Shown in pieces: positions 1 through 16,774 of a stretch of 64,000 nt of DNA. The notes under the pieces were generated by a model. That model saw only the letters and a program-made list of their open reading frames with translations. It did no database searches and was not told where the DNA came from. The DNA comes from the human T2T-CHM13v2.0 reference genome, Homo sapiens: NCBI RefSeq assembly GCF_009914755.1, contig NC_060930.1; one strand, 5' to 3'. How positions within the stretch are numbered: the stretch's first letter is position 1; every line of letters begins with the position of its first letter. The position numbers and the translations under genes are program-made.

Positions 1-682
1 AGTTAAAACTTTAACTTCTACATTCAAAGGGGCCAATAAATTGGATTCACTAAAAAAAAAATCTATTTTGAATACAAATTATGTAATTGCATTAGGAGTC
101 AGCCATGGCTAGAATCAATTACTGCTTTAAAAAAATATTTTCTCTCTCTTGCACATGAAAGGATAGATACACAAAAACTTAGAGATACAAAAAGTAATCA
201 AATATATTGAATAAGACATATAATTTATTTAAACATGCATGTCTTTAAAGGTTGCCCTATATATATACATCTTTTAAATATATGTGCGTATTTTAATGAC
301 ATTATATATATAGGTTTGAATAAGTAATTGTATTCTTAATGAAACAGAAAAGGGCATTTTAATGGAAATATATGTTAATCTGTCTCATTAGCAAAAAAAC
401 AAAATCCAACACTATTTAAAGTAATAAAACAAAACCTGGAAGTAAAAATCATAAAATTCAAAATGTATGGCATCCAATAAAATATTATCAGGCATACAAA
501 ACAAAAACCAAGACCCATAATCAGAAGATAAACTAATCAAATTGAAATATATCCAGAAACGACAGAACTACCCCACAAAAATGTTAGACAGCTATTATAA
601 TGTGCTCCAAATGTTCAAGAAGGTAGAGAAAAGTACAATCATAGTGAGGAGAAACATAAGATATTTAAAAAGATTCAGATGA

Positions 683-984
683 GTCCGGGTGTGGCAGCTC
701 ACACCTGTAATCCCAGCACTTTGGGAGGCCCAGGAGGGTGGATCATCTGAGGTGAGGAGTTCAAGACCAGCCTGGCCAACATGGTGAAACCCTGTCTGTA
801 CTAAAAATATAAAAATTAGCCAGGCATGGTGGTGGGCACCTGTAATCTCAGCTACTCAGGAGGCTGAGGCAGGAGAATTGCTTGAATCGGGAGGCAGAGT
901 TCGCAGTGAGCTGGAAGTTGAGATTGCACCACTGCACTCCAGCCTGGGCAACAAGAGTGAAACTTAGTCTCAAAAGAAAAAAAA
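683..984 (+). mobile_element. AluS (Sq-like), full length
   Basis: Dimeric Alu with 'gcaacaagagtgaaac' and an A-tail; 16-bp TSD aaaaagattcagatga at 667-682 and 985-1000. Confidence 0.95.
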
Positions 985-2473
985 AAAAAGATTCAGATGA
1001 AATTGTAAAGATGGAAAATGCAATATGTTAAATGAAAAATCCATCAGATGAAATCAAAGACAAATTCAATACTGCAGAAAAGAAAAAAAAATCAGTGAAC
1101 TTGAAGACAAGCAATACAGACTGTTCAACATGAAGGACAAAAAAAAACACAAAAAACCACAGGGAAAAAAATGAATAGAGCAACAATCATCTGAGGGACA
1201 ATGTTAAGAAGTATAATGTATGTGTTAATGGAGTTCCAGAAGGGGAGAACACAAAAGTTTAATTCTTTTGAAATGATTGAAAATTTTTCACATTTGATGA
1301 AAACTGGAAACAAGTTCAAGAACTCAGCAAACCCCAAGCAGAATAAATATAAAGAAAAACACACCAAGACACATAATAATAAAAAAAGATAACCAGTGAT
1401 AAAGGGAAAATCCTAAAAGAATCTGGATGGAGGGGGTCCAGAAGACACACTACAAACAGAGAAACAAAAATGAGAAATACAGCAGACTGCTTCAAAAGCT
1501 ATGGAAGCCAGAGACAATGGAAAGACATCTAACCGCACAGGAAAACAAAAAAAAAGAAAACCCAAATATATCAACCTAGAATTCTGTATTTAGCAAAAAG
1601 ACCTGAGAGAATGTTACTAGATTTACTGCTCTATATGAATGTTAGAGAAAGTTCTTTACATCAAAAGAAATTATATCAGATGTTAATTTAAATCAATACA
1701 AATGAATGAAGAGCTCTGGAGATGGTAAAAATATGCATAAATAGAAAACATTTTTTAACAGTTTGAAACTTCTTTAAAAAGAATTAACTAAAGCAAAACT
1801 AATGAATTGTCAAGTTTATAATATAGATAAAAGTAAAATGTATGACAACAATAACACAAAAGTGGGGAAATAGAAGCATTGTTATGAGTCTTACACTATA
1901 CATGAATTGAAGGTAGACAGTAATAAGCTTAAAAATGTATATTGTAAACCCTGAAGTAACCACTAAAATAGTGAAATAAAGTGGTTACTTTATCATAATA
2001 TAGCTAATAACACAATAGCAGAGAAAAAATGGAAATTAAATAAAAACTAAACTCCACAAAATTTGGAGAAATAAGGAAAAAACAGAACAAAGAGAAGAAA
2101 TGACAGAAGAAAAAATATGTTAAATTTAAACTCAAACATATTGATAATTAGATTAAATATAATAGTTTAAACACCCGAATTAAAGGGGATTATCAGATTA
2201 AAAAGCAAAACCCAACTATATGCCCTGTATAAGACATAAACATGAAGACACAGATAAGCTAAAAGTTATTGAATAGAAAGATACATTATGAAAACACTAA
2301 TCAAAAGGAAGCTGGAGTGGCTGTATGAAGTAGATTTTAGAACAAGGAATTATATCAGGGATGAAGAAGGTAATTTCATAATAAAAAAGGGGTCAATTCA
2401 TTAAGAGACTATGAGAATACTAAATATATATGCACCTAATATCAGAGCTTTGAAGTACGCAAGCAATATAATA

Positions 2474-3054
2474 CAGTCATATGTTGCTTAACGATGAGGA
2501 TAAGTCCTGAAAAATGCATCCTTAGATAATCTTGTTGTGAGAACATCATAGTGTACTTGCACAAAACTAGATGGTATGGCCTACTAAATGCCTAAGCTAT
2601 ATGGTATAGCCTATTGCTCCTAGGCTACAAACATGTACAACATGTTACTATACTTAACACTGTAGGCAACTGTAACACAATGATAAGTATTTGTATATAT
2701 AAACACAGAAAAGATGCAGTAAAAATATAGTACAAAAGATAAAAAAGGTACACCTCTATAGGGCACTTACCATGAATGGAGCTTGCAGGACTGGAAATTG
2801 CTCTAGGTGAGTCAGTGAGTGAGTGGTGAGTGAATGTAAAGACCTAGGACATTACTGTACACTACTGTAAGCTGTATAAATACTGTATGCTTAGGCTACA
2901 CTAAATTTAGAAAATACAAAATTGTGCTACAACATTACAACAGGTATAATATCACTAAGCAACAGGAATCTTTTAGCTCCATTATGATCTATGGTACCAT
3001 CATTGTATATGTGGTCCATTGTTGACTGAAACATTGTTAGGTGGCACACGACTG
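2474..3054. mobile_element. Tigger3 (Golem) non-autonomous TcMar DNA transposon, Tigger3c-sized
   Basis: Termini cagtcatatgttgcttaacga and ...gttaggtggcacacgactg, TA on both sides, internal 'cctattgctcctaggctacaaac'; about 580 bp. Confidence 0.85.
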
Positions 3055-3877
3055 TATATAAGAAACAAAACTGATACAACTGACGAGAGAAATCGATAAA
3101 TCAACAATTATAGTTGGAGAGTTTAACAGTTTTCTTTCATTAGCTGAGAGAACAAGTATACAGAAAATCAATAAAAATATAGAAGACATGAAAGACATTA
3201 CCAAAATTTTGACCTAATTGACATTTATAAAACATGCTACCCAACAACAGAAGAATAAATATTCTTTTCCAGTGCAAATAGAAAATTTACCAAGACAGGT
3301 CATATTCTGGGATAGAAAATCAGTCTCATAATTTTAAAAGGTTGAAATAACAAAAAATATGTTCTCTTACCACAGTGATATTATATTAGAAAGTGATAAC
3401 AGCTATATGGAAAATCTAAAAATATTTGAAAATCAGTCAACATATTTCAGAGTTCATGGGTTAATGAAGAATTCACAATGATTATTGGAAAATATTTTGA
3501 GATTAATAGAAACAAAAACAACATATCAGAAGTTATGGGATGCAACATAGCACTTAAAGGTAATTTTAAAGCATTAGCCACTTATATTAGAAAAGAACAA
3601 ATATTTCAAGTAGATAATCTAAGAATCTATACTTAAAAAGCCAGAAAAAGAAGAGTAAATAAAGCCTCAACTAAACAAAAGAAAAAGAATCAGGTATCAA
3701 TGATAAAGGAAACAGTAAAACAATAGAGAAAATCAATAGAGAAAAAGCTGGTTTTTAAAAATTACTAATAAAGCTGACAAAACTCTAGACCAGGTGTTGA
3801 TAAACTATGGCCCATGGACCAAATAAAGTGTGTCACCTGTTTTTAACACTCTGCAGTTATAAATTGTTTTTACATTT

Positions 3878-4342
3878 TTAGAAGATGTTGGAGGAGGAGC
3901 CAAGATGGCCGAATAGGAAGAGCTCTGGTCTACAGCTCCCAGCGTGAGTGACGCAGAAGACAGGTGATTTCTGCATTTCCATCTGAGGTACCGGGTTCAT
4001 CTCACTAGGGAGTGCCAGACAGTGGGCACAGGTCAGTGGGTGCAGTGCACCGGGCGCGAGCTGAAGCAGGGCAAGGCATTGCCTCACTCGGGAAGCACAA
4101 GGGGTCAGGGAGTTCCCTTTCCTAGTCAAAGAAAGGGGTGACAGACGGCACCTGGAAAATCGGGTCACTCCCACCTGAATACTGTGCTTTTCCGATGAGC
4201 TTAAAAAACGGCGCACCACGAGATTACATCCTGCACCTGGCTCAGAGGGTCCTACGCTCAAGGAGTCTCGCTGATTGCAAGCACAGCAGTCTGAGATCAA
4301 ACTGCAAGGTGGCAGCGAGGCTGGGGGAGGGGCGCCCGCCAT
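3878..4342 (-). CDS. L1 antisense ORF0, extended to 154 aa
   Basis: ATG at 4342 gives MAGAPPPASLPPCSLISDCC..., the ORF0p N-terminus. The frame stays open past the L1 5' end to TAA at 3880-3878. Translation not shown. Confidence 0.6.
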   Translation of the reverse strand: MAGAPPPASLPPCSLISDCCACNQRDSLSVGPSEPGAGCNLVVRRFLSSSEKHSIQVGVTRFSRCRLSPLSLTRKGNSLTPCASRVRQCLALLQLAPGALHPLTCAHCLALPSEMNPVPQMEMQKSPVFCVTHAGSCRPELFLFGHLGSSSNIF

Positions 4343-4927
4343 TGCCCAGGCTTGCTTAGGTAAACAAAGCAGCCAGGAAGCTCGAACTGGGTGGAGCCCA
4401 CTACAGCTCAAGGAGGCCTGCCTGCCTCTGTAGGCTCCACCTCTGGGGGGCAGGGCACAGACAAACAAAAAGACAGCAGTAACCTCTGCAGACTTAAACG
4501 TCCCTGTCTGACAGCTTTGAAGAGAGGAGTGGTTCTCCCAGCACGCAGGTGGAGATCTGAGAACGGGCAGACTGCCTCCTCAAGGGGGTCCCTGACCCCT
4601 GACCCCTGAGCAGCCTAACTGGGAGGCACCCCCCAGTAGGGGCAGACTGACACCTCACATGGCCGGGTACTCCTCTGAGACAAAACTTCCAGAGGAACCA
4701 GCAGACAGCAGCATTCGCGGTTCACAAAAAACCACTGTTCTACAGACACTGCTGCTGATACCCAGGCAAACAGGGTCTGGAGTGGTCCTCTAGCAAACTC
4801 CAACAGACCTGCAGCTGAGGGTCCTGTCTGTTAGAAGGAAAACTAACAAACAGTAAGGACATCCACACCAAAAACCCATCTGTACATCACCATCATCAAA
4901 GACCAAAAGTAGATAAAAACCACAAAG
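3890..4927 (+). promoter_or_regulatory. L1 5'UTR: internal sense promoter with YY1 site (3901-3911) and antisense promoter region
   Basis: Intact CAAGATGGCCG YY1 motif near the 5' end; CpG-rich; collinear with the known primate L1 5'UTR. Confidence 0.85.
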
Positions 4928-5942
4928 ATGGGGAAAAAACAGAGCAGAAAAACTGGAAACTCTAAAAAGTAGAGCACCGCTCCTCCTCCAAAGGAACGCA
5001 GTTCCTCACCAGCAACGGAACAAAGCTGGACGGAGAATGACTTTGACGAGTTGAGAGAAGAAGGCTTCAGACAATCAAACTACGAGCTACAGGAAGAAAT
5101 TCAAACCAAAGGCAAAAAAGTTAAAAACTTTGAAAAAAATTTAGACGAAGGTATAACTAGAATAACCAATACAGAGAAGTGCTTAAAGGAGCTGATGGAG
5201 CTGAAAGCCAGGGCTCGAGAACTACGTGAAGAATGCAGAAGCCTCAGGAGCTGATGCGATCAACTGGAAGAAAGGGTATCAGCGATGGAAGATGAAATAA
5301 ATGAAATGAAGCCAGAAGGGAAGTTTAGAGAAAAAAGAGTAAAAAGAAACGAACAAAGCCTCCAAGAAATATGGGACTATGTGAAAAGACCAAATCTACA
5401 TCTGATTGGTGTACTTGAAAGTGACAGGGAGAATGGAACCAAGTGGGAAAACACTCTGCAGGATATTATCCAGGAGAACTTCCCCAATCTAGCAAGGCAG
5501 GCCAACATTCAGATTCAGGAAATGCAGAGAATGCCACAAAGATACTCCTCGAGAAGAGCAACTCCAAGACACATAATTGTCAGATTCAGCAAAGTTGAAA
5601 TGAAGGAAAAAATGTTAAGGGCAGCCAGAGAGAAAGGTCGGGTTACCCACAAAGGGAAGCCCATCAGACTAACAGTGGATCTCTCGGCAGAAACTCTACA
5701 AGCCAGAAGAGAGTGGGGGCCGATATTCAACATTCTTAAAGAAAAGAATTTTCAACCCAGAATTTCATATCTAGCCAAACTAAGCTTCATAAGTGAAGGA
5801 GAAATAAAATAACTTTACAGACAAGCAAATGCTGAGAGATTTTGTCACCACTAGGCCTGCCCTAAAAGAGCTCCTGAAGGAAGCACTAAACATGGAAAGG
5901 CACAACCGGTACCAGCCGCTGCAAAATCATGCCAAAATGTAA
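4928..5942 (+). pseudogene. L1 ORF1 (RNA-binding chaperone), inactivated
   Basis: ATG 4928 (MGKKQSRKTGNSKK) then TAG 4970-4972; TGA 5252-5254; a 1-bp insertion giving TAA 5810-5812; native stop 5940-5942. REKG and ARR motifs retained; YPAKLS reads YLAKLS. Confidence 0.92.
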
Positions 5943-5978
5943 AGACCATCGAGACTAGGAAGAAACTGCATCAACTAA

Positions 5979-9830
<3,852 letters not shown>

Positions 9831-12255
9831 ACAATGAGAACACATGGACACAGGAAGGGGAACATCACACTCTGGGGACTGTAGTGGGGTGGGGGGAGGG
9901 GGGAGGGATAGCATTGGGAGATATACCTAATGCTAGATGACGAGTTAGTGGGTGCAGCGCACCAGCATGGCACATGTATACATATGTAACTAACCTGCAC
10001 ATTGTGCACATGTACCCTAAAATTTAAAGTATAATAATAATAATTACACAGTTAAATATTGTTAAATATTGAGAAAAAAAAAGATATTAAAGAGGAAGGA
10101 GGAGACAAAGAAGGGAGGAAGAAGAAATAAGTCTATGGCCCACAAAGCCTAAAATAGTTACTATCTAATACCTTACATAAAAAAGTTTGTCAACCTCTGA
10201 TCTAGCCAAGTAAATCAGAATAAAGAGAAAAGACAAAGTATCAATATCATAAATGAAAAAAAGGGTGTCACTACAGATCCTACAGATATCAAACATATTA
10301 TTGGAAATCTTAGGAACACTTTATGCCCACAAATTCAACATTTCAGAATAAATGAAAAATCTGTTGAAAGACACAAACTATTATAGAAATAAATCATCTA
10401 AATAGTCCTATATCTACTAGGAACATAGAATTTTTAGCTTAAAAATTTTCCCATGAAGAGAATTTTATGCCCAGCTTCAACAGTTAATTCAATTAAAAAT
10501 CTAAGAAAGAGAATACAAATTTGTCCAGAAAATAGAAGAGGATGGCATCCTTTCCAACTCTTCTATAAAACCAGTATTACCCTGATACTAATACCAGACA
10601 TAAATATTATTATAAGAAAAAAACCCCACAGAATATTAAGGTAACATGCCATGACTAAGTATTGTTCATCCCAAGAACTCAAGGTTAGCTTAATATTTGA
10701 GACTCGGTAAATTCAGCATATTAACATACTATAATAAAGGATATAGTATATAGTTATCTCAATAGATGCCAAATTAAAAATAATTACAAACATTTTATTT
10801 TTTAATATTTGATAGAAACTTGCAGCAATTTCGGAATGAAAGAGAACTTCCTCAACCTGATATGGGACATCTAAAAAAATATGTAGTTAACAATGTATGG
10901 ATAGACATATAGGTTGCTGGAACTCAATGGAAAGCCCATAGACATCCACATGTTGTCAACTGATTTTCAACAAGGGGCCAAGAAAACTCAATCAGGAAAG
11001 AGGAGTCTTTCCAACAAATGGAAAAAATAGACACCCATATTCAAAACTATGAACTCAACCCTTATTTTATATCACCTACAAAAATTAATTATAAACATAA
11101 TTATCACATAAACATAAATATATCCTAGAACAATAAATAAGCCCTAAAATTATACAACCTCTAGAAGAGAATAAAAAAGAAAATTATTGTTACCTTGGGT
11201 CAGTCAGAGATTTCTTAAATATGACACCAAAAGCTTAAGCCATAAAAGAAAACAATGTGGATAAATTAAATGTCATTACAATTAAATCTGTATCATCTTC
11301 AAAATACATTTTTAAGGAAAGACAAGTCACAGGCTGGGAGAATGTATTTGCAAACACATATATGAAATAGTCTTACTATCCAGTATACATAAGGAACTCT
11401 TGCAACACATTAATAAGACAATCAAACTGATTTTTAAATGGACAAACATTGAATATATACTTTATCAAAGAAGGTATATTATGACAAATAAGCACATGAA
11501 AAGATACTAAACATAGTTACTATGGCAATTTAGATTAAAACTACAATGAGATACCTACACATATATTAGAATATCAAAAATTTAAAAGATTGATAATGAC
11601 AAATAGGTGAGAATGTGGAACAAGAACTCTCATAATTTGTACTTATGCAAATGCAAAATAGAAGAAACTGTTTTGGAAAACAGTTTAGCAGCTTCTTAGA
11701 ATGTTAAGCACATACTCACTTTATGACCCAGAAATTCTGCTCTAGGTATCTACCCAAAATAAATAAAAATGTATGTTCACAAAAAGACACATACTAAGTA
11801 TCATGGAAGGCAAAAACTAAAAGCAATCTAAATTTCCATTAATTGGCTAATGGATAAATCATAGCAGCAAAATGAAACGAACTACTGAAACACAAAACAA
11901 CACAGATGAATCTCAAAAGCATTATGCTAAACGAAAGAAGTCAGACACAGAAGACTACATACTGTCTGATCCCTTTTAGATAACATCCTAGAAAAGGTGA
12001 AACAGTGACAAAATGTATCAAAGTGACAAGGGCAGGTCAGTGGTTTCCGGGAGCCAGGGCTCTGGGGAGGGCTATGAGTGCAGAAGTTCAGGAGAGAACA
12101 TTCTGGGGTGATAGGAATGTTCTGTAACCTGACTGCAATGGTGGTTACGTGATTGTATATATTTGTCAACATTTAATGAAACATACACTTAAAATAGATC
12201 AATTTTCTGTATCTAAAGTACATAAAATAAAAAGAAGATCCTAAATAATATATTT

Positions 12256-12588
12256 ATTCATTCGTTTGTGTGTTTATTTATTTATTTATTTATTTGTTGA
12301 GCTATTGACAGAGGGTCTTGCTCTGTCACCCAGGCTGGAGTACAATGACACGATGGGGCTCACTGCAGCCACGACTTTTCAGGCTCAAGAGATCCTCCTG
12401 CTTCAGCCTCCTACTGGGACAACAGGTGTGAACCACCACACCCAGCTAATTTTTTAAAAATCATTTTATGTAAAGACAGTGTCTCATTGTGTTGCCCAGG
12501 CTGGTCTCAAACTCCTGGACTCAAGTGACCCTCCTGCCTCGGCCTCCCAAAGTGCTGAGATTACAGGTGTGAGCCAATGCACCTGGCC
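12256..12588 (-). mobile_element. AluJ, reverse orientation
   Basis: (ttta)n tail on the left; AluJ-type 'gctcaagagatcctcctgcttcagcc'; TSD tcctaaataatatattt (12239-12255) / tcttaaataagatattt (12589-12605). Confidence 0.9.
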
Positions 12589-12613
12589 TCTTAAATAAGA
12601 TATTTTGATAAAA

Positions 12614-12929
<316 letters not shown>

Positions 12930-13079
12930 TTATGAAATCAGGAAAACCATGATCTGATCTAAGGTGCTGTCTTTTGAGCTACAAATAAAGCCATTTGTTT
13001 TGTCCACTTTATTAGAATGAAATATGGAGTTGAATATATATGCTGGGGAAAGCAGTTAATAAGCTGCTCATATTATGAA

Positions 13080-13210
13080 TATCCATTTCATAGGAAAGAA
13101 AATAGGCTCAGAGAGATTAAGCAACTTTCACAGGCAACCTTAGCTGTCAGTAGCAGAGGTTTCCATCCAGCCTAAGATTTCCTGACACCAAGCAGGTGCT
13201 CTTTTCTCCT
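13080..13210 (-). mobile_element. MIR fragment
   Basis: Core 'ggctcagagagattaagcaactt'. Confidence 0.6.
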
Positions 13211-13334
13211 CAGCATGCTGCTTTCACATGTCCAAGACATCCAAAAAGTTGAGGCAATAATAACTCTTAAAACTGAATTTTCTTCATTTGAGGTCTTAGA
13301 TAGGGGAAATAAATATTTTAAGCATGCAAGCAAA

Positions 13335-13540
13335 GCAAAGACATTAGAATCTTATAGAACTGGAATAAAATCCCTAATGAGCAACTTACTCATACACAGC
13401 CTTTGGAGAGGTAAATATTTCTGACAGTCAGTTCCCTCATCTGAAAAATTGAAATAATAATGTATTTATTACAAGGTCATTATGAAGATGTGAGGTGTTA
13501 TATGTATAATTCAGTGTAGTATTCTAACAAGTAGTTAAGT
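13335..13540 (+). mobile_element. MIR fragment
   Basis: 'cagttccctcatctgaaaaattgaaataataat' core. Confidence 0.55.
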
Positions 13541-13612
13541 CTACGGTATATTTTTGTACTCTCAGTGAGAAAGAGGTCTCCTCTGTTAAAATAAATTTAG
13601 AGAATGTGGCCT

Positions 13613-14230
13613 CACACATATACATCATGGAATACTATGCAGCCATAAAAAAGGATGAGTTCACGTCCTTTGCAGGGACATGGGTGAAGCTGGAAACCAT
13701 CATTCTCAGCAAACTAACACAGGAACAGAAAACCAAACACCACATGTTCTCACTCATAGTTGGGAATTGAACAATGAGAACACTTGGACACAGGGAAGGG
13801 AACATCACACACCCGGGCCTGTCAGGGGGTGGGGAGCTAGGGGAGGGATAGCATTAGGAGAAATACCTAATGTAGATGAGCGGTTGATGGGTGCAGCATA
13901 CCACCATAGCACGTGTATACCATGTAACTAACCTGCACATTCCACACAAGAATCCCAGAACTTAAAGTATTTAAAAAAAAAAAAAAAAACTCTCAGCAAA
14001 CTGAAAAAAAAAAAAGAAACTTTCTTCACCTGATAAATGAAAACTTACAAAAAACTTTTACTCAATGTGATATTTAATAATTAAAAACTAAATGTCTTTC
14101 CCCTAGAATCAGAGGTTCTGGAAAATGTACTGGGCATTCGAGCTAAGCAGTAAAGCAAAACAAAGAAATTAAAGCTGTCCTAATTGTAAAAAAAAAAGAG
14201 AGAGAGTGTGTGAGAGAGAGAGAGAAAAAA
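13613..14230 (+). mobile_element. 5'-truncated L1PA7-like 3' end plus appended older L1 ORF2 fragment (probable 3' transduction)
   Basis: L1PA7-type 3'UTR ('gctaggggagggatagcattaggagaaatacctaatgtagatga'), poly(A) to 13989, ~200 bp of degenerate L1M ORF2, then a second A/GA tail; aatgtggcct on both sides (13603-13612, 14231-14240). Confidence 0.85.
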
Positions 14231-14479
14231 AATGTGGCCTTAAATAGCTTTCTTCATATCAGGATTTCTTAGAACCCTCAATATGCAATACTCATTTTTA
14301 ATCTCTAGGAAAGGAAATATACATAAGTTATTTCTCACTCTTTTTTAACCAGGAAATCATTATGCCATGCTGCATGAATTATAAGACTCTATCTTTTAAA
14401 AAAAATGCACATGCCCTTTCTAATTTTTGTCTAACATTTTCTAGTCCATTCCTCTTGAATGTTTAAACAATTCAATGTT

Positions 14480-14700
14480 ATATTTAAAGACATGGGCTTC
14501 ACAGTCAAATCCAGGATCCAAATTTCTGCTACTTCATTTCCTAGCCATGTAATCTAGACCCAGTATAACTGTTTCTTCACTTGTAAAGTGAAGGTAATAA
14601 CCTAGTGTAAAGGGATATGGTAAGAATGAAACGAGTTCATAAACATTAAGCATTTGGTGCAGTGCCTGGCACATCATGAGCTCTGAATAATTGTTAATTA
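14480..14700 (+). mobile_element. MIR
   Basis: 'tttcttcacttgtaaagtgaagg...cagtgcctggcacat...gaataattgtt'. Confidence 0.7.
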
Positions 14701-15419
14701 TCACTCACTTTGGTGTGCTTATGTTTGAAAGAAGGCTGCAGTTCAAAGTAGACACAAAGAGAAATTGAACTGATTAGCACTGCTCAGAATAGGCAATGAC
14801 TCTTCCCTGGAACACGTGGATACCTGTCTGCTAACCCCTTCCCACTTGTGGCATGCTCTGAGTATGCCTGGGCAGGAGACCCAGAACATTCACAGCTACC
14901 TCAGGTATGAAGAACAAATGTCATGCCCTGGGGACTACACAGTTACCTTCTGGACAGGATGTGACCTCTGTGCTGTCTGGGATAATATGATATTACTGGA
15001 TAGGGTGTACTTTCTAGCTAACTGGAAAGAGTTCAGAGGAGGGAATCCAATATAATAAAAGATTTGGAGATGAAACTCTGTGAGAGCAGATGAAAAATCT
15101 GGGCATGTTGGGTCTAGAAAACAGACACAGCAGCCACATAGGTGCACCACACCATGGGGAAGAAAGATGCATTATTCTCAGGTATACATGAGGTTACCAC
15201 AGATGACATGGGCTTTAGATATGCACAGAAATGCTTTGGAGAAAATGGATACACTTCATGATGAAATGTTAGGCAATATAGGAGATGCCTAGGATGACTA
15301 CTGTATTACTTTCAAGAGGAATGTTTAGGACCAGAATAACCGATCGAATGGGTTTCTTGGAGTAAATCAAAGATAAAGAAATCAACCACGTGGGCATGAG
15401 AAGGTTGACCAGATGTAGT

Positions 15420-15790
15420 AGGTAGGTTCCTTTAGTTGTAAACAAAACCTACTCTGCTCAGCTTTTTGCAGAAGAAGATGTTAGATGCAGAAGAAGAACA
15501 GGAGGTGGTCAAATGATCAAGTTTAAAGGAAGACAGCAATTGAGGCAGCTCTAAAGGTCCAGGTGGCAGGAATCGATGGACAATCTCTTCAGAGTATCAA
15601 TTCATTCAAGATTCCAAGTCCGCAAAGAGAGACTGGTTGGCAGCTCTAGCCATATGTTCACCCCTTGCTGAGAGGAGGATTCAGAACTTTGGAAATTACA
15701 TTGAGGGAGAGGTGAGAAAATCATCATGTTATTTAAAGAAAAAAAAGGAAAAATGGACACTAGGTAGAAAAACAAAGTCCATTACACCCA
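15420..15790. mobile_element. Degenerate MLT1 (ERVL-MaLR) LTR
   Basis: 'ggttcctttagttgtaaacaaaacctactctgc' resembles an old MLT1 terminus. Confidence 0.35.
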
Positions 15791-15809
15791 GTGAATTATT
15801 ATTAAAAGT

Positions 15810-15980
15810 ACTAGCTATTACTTATTGAGTACTTGATGTAAAATATGAGAATAATAAAGCTCAGTGGGTTTTAAGCAACTTGTCTAAGGTCATAAAGCTA
15901 ATAATTGGTGGAGAAGGGATTCAGAGCTAGGGCTTTCTTAATCCAAAGCCCAGTTCCTTAATTAATATACCATACTGCTT
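15810..15980 (-). mobile_element. MIR fragment
   Basis: 'aagcaacttgtctaaggtcataaagctaataattggtggagaagggattc'. Confidence 0.6.
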
Positions 15981-16774
15981 TCTGTTTATTAGTTTCATAA
16001 TCTCTGCTATCACTGTCACTCCTTAATGTAGCTTTTGCCTCAGTCACCAACAAATAAGACAGAGGTCAAAAAAGAGTCACCACAATCCTCTTCCTTCCAT
16101 GGCACTGTGCTCCAACACAAGGCAGAGCACTCATAGTCCCCATCATTCCCACACAGGTCCCAGATTTGGAGCACCTGGAGTGGGCAATCCAGGTGTCTAA
16201 ATTCCTTTGCAATGAGCAAGGTTTGGTTTTGAGGGTCTTGGAGTAAAGGTTGATTGAGAACACCCATTTCACATCAGAACCTCCCTCATCTCTTAAGAAT
16301 CTTTAAGAGAATCTTGAAATATCAAACCAACATATAACACAGATGCTATTTTAAAAGCAGCTATGTGGGGAAATGGGCTCTTTCTATGTACATATGCTGT
16401 CCTGTGCAACCAGACTACAACCCTGTGCAGCTAAAGACCATACCCTACTTCTCTTTCTTTGAGGCCACTGTAAACAACAGGCATTTAATTATGTGGCTTA
16501 AAAGCAAATAGGATGAGGAAAAGGGTGATGACATAAACTTGACCAGTTTTAGATCAAGGATAAGCCTCCCATTTTCATGGTCTATAATCTTAAAGATTCA
16601 GATTCTGTGAAGCCAAATCAGAGTTCTGGGGAAAGAGAAAAAGGAAAGAAAAGAAAAGAGAGAAGGAAGGAAGGAAGAGTCAGTATGCATATGGAGTCAA
16701 GAAACATTACAGTGTCACTGAACCTCAGCGTTGGGAGGACTGGGGAAAGGAAAAGCCATCCAGTCCAGTTCAAT

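Noticed and set aside
911-922. 7-nt insertion (gaagttg) in the AluSq at about the same Alu position as the AluSc insertion at 40016
   Set aside because: The sequences are unrelated and too short; two cases do not establish a hotspot.
4343-4468. 196-aa minus-strand ORF as listed in the track
   Set aside because: The first 42 codons depend on a non-ATG start; the known ORF0 start is the ATG at 4342.
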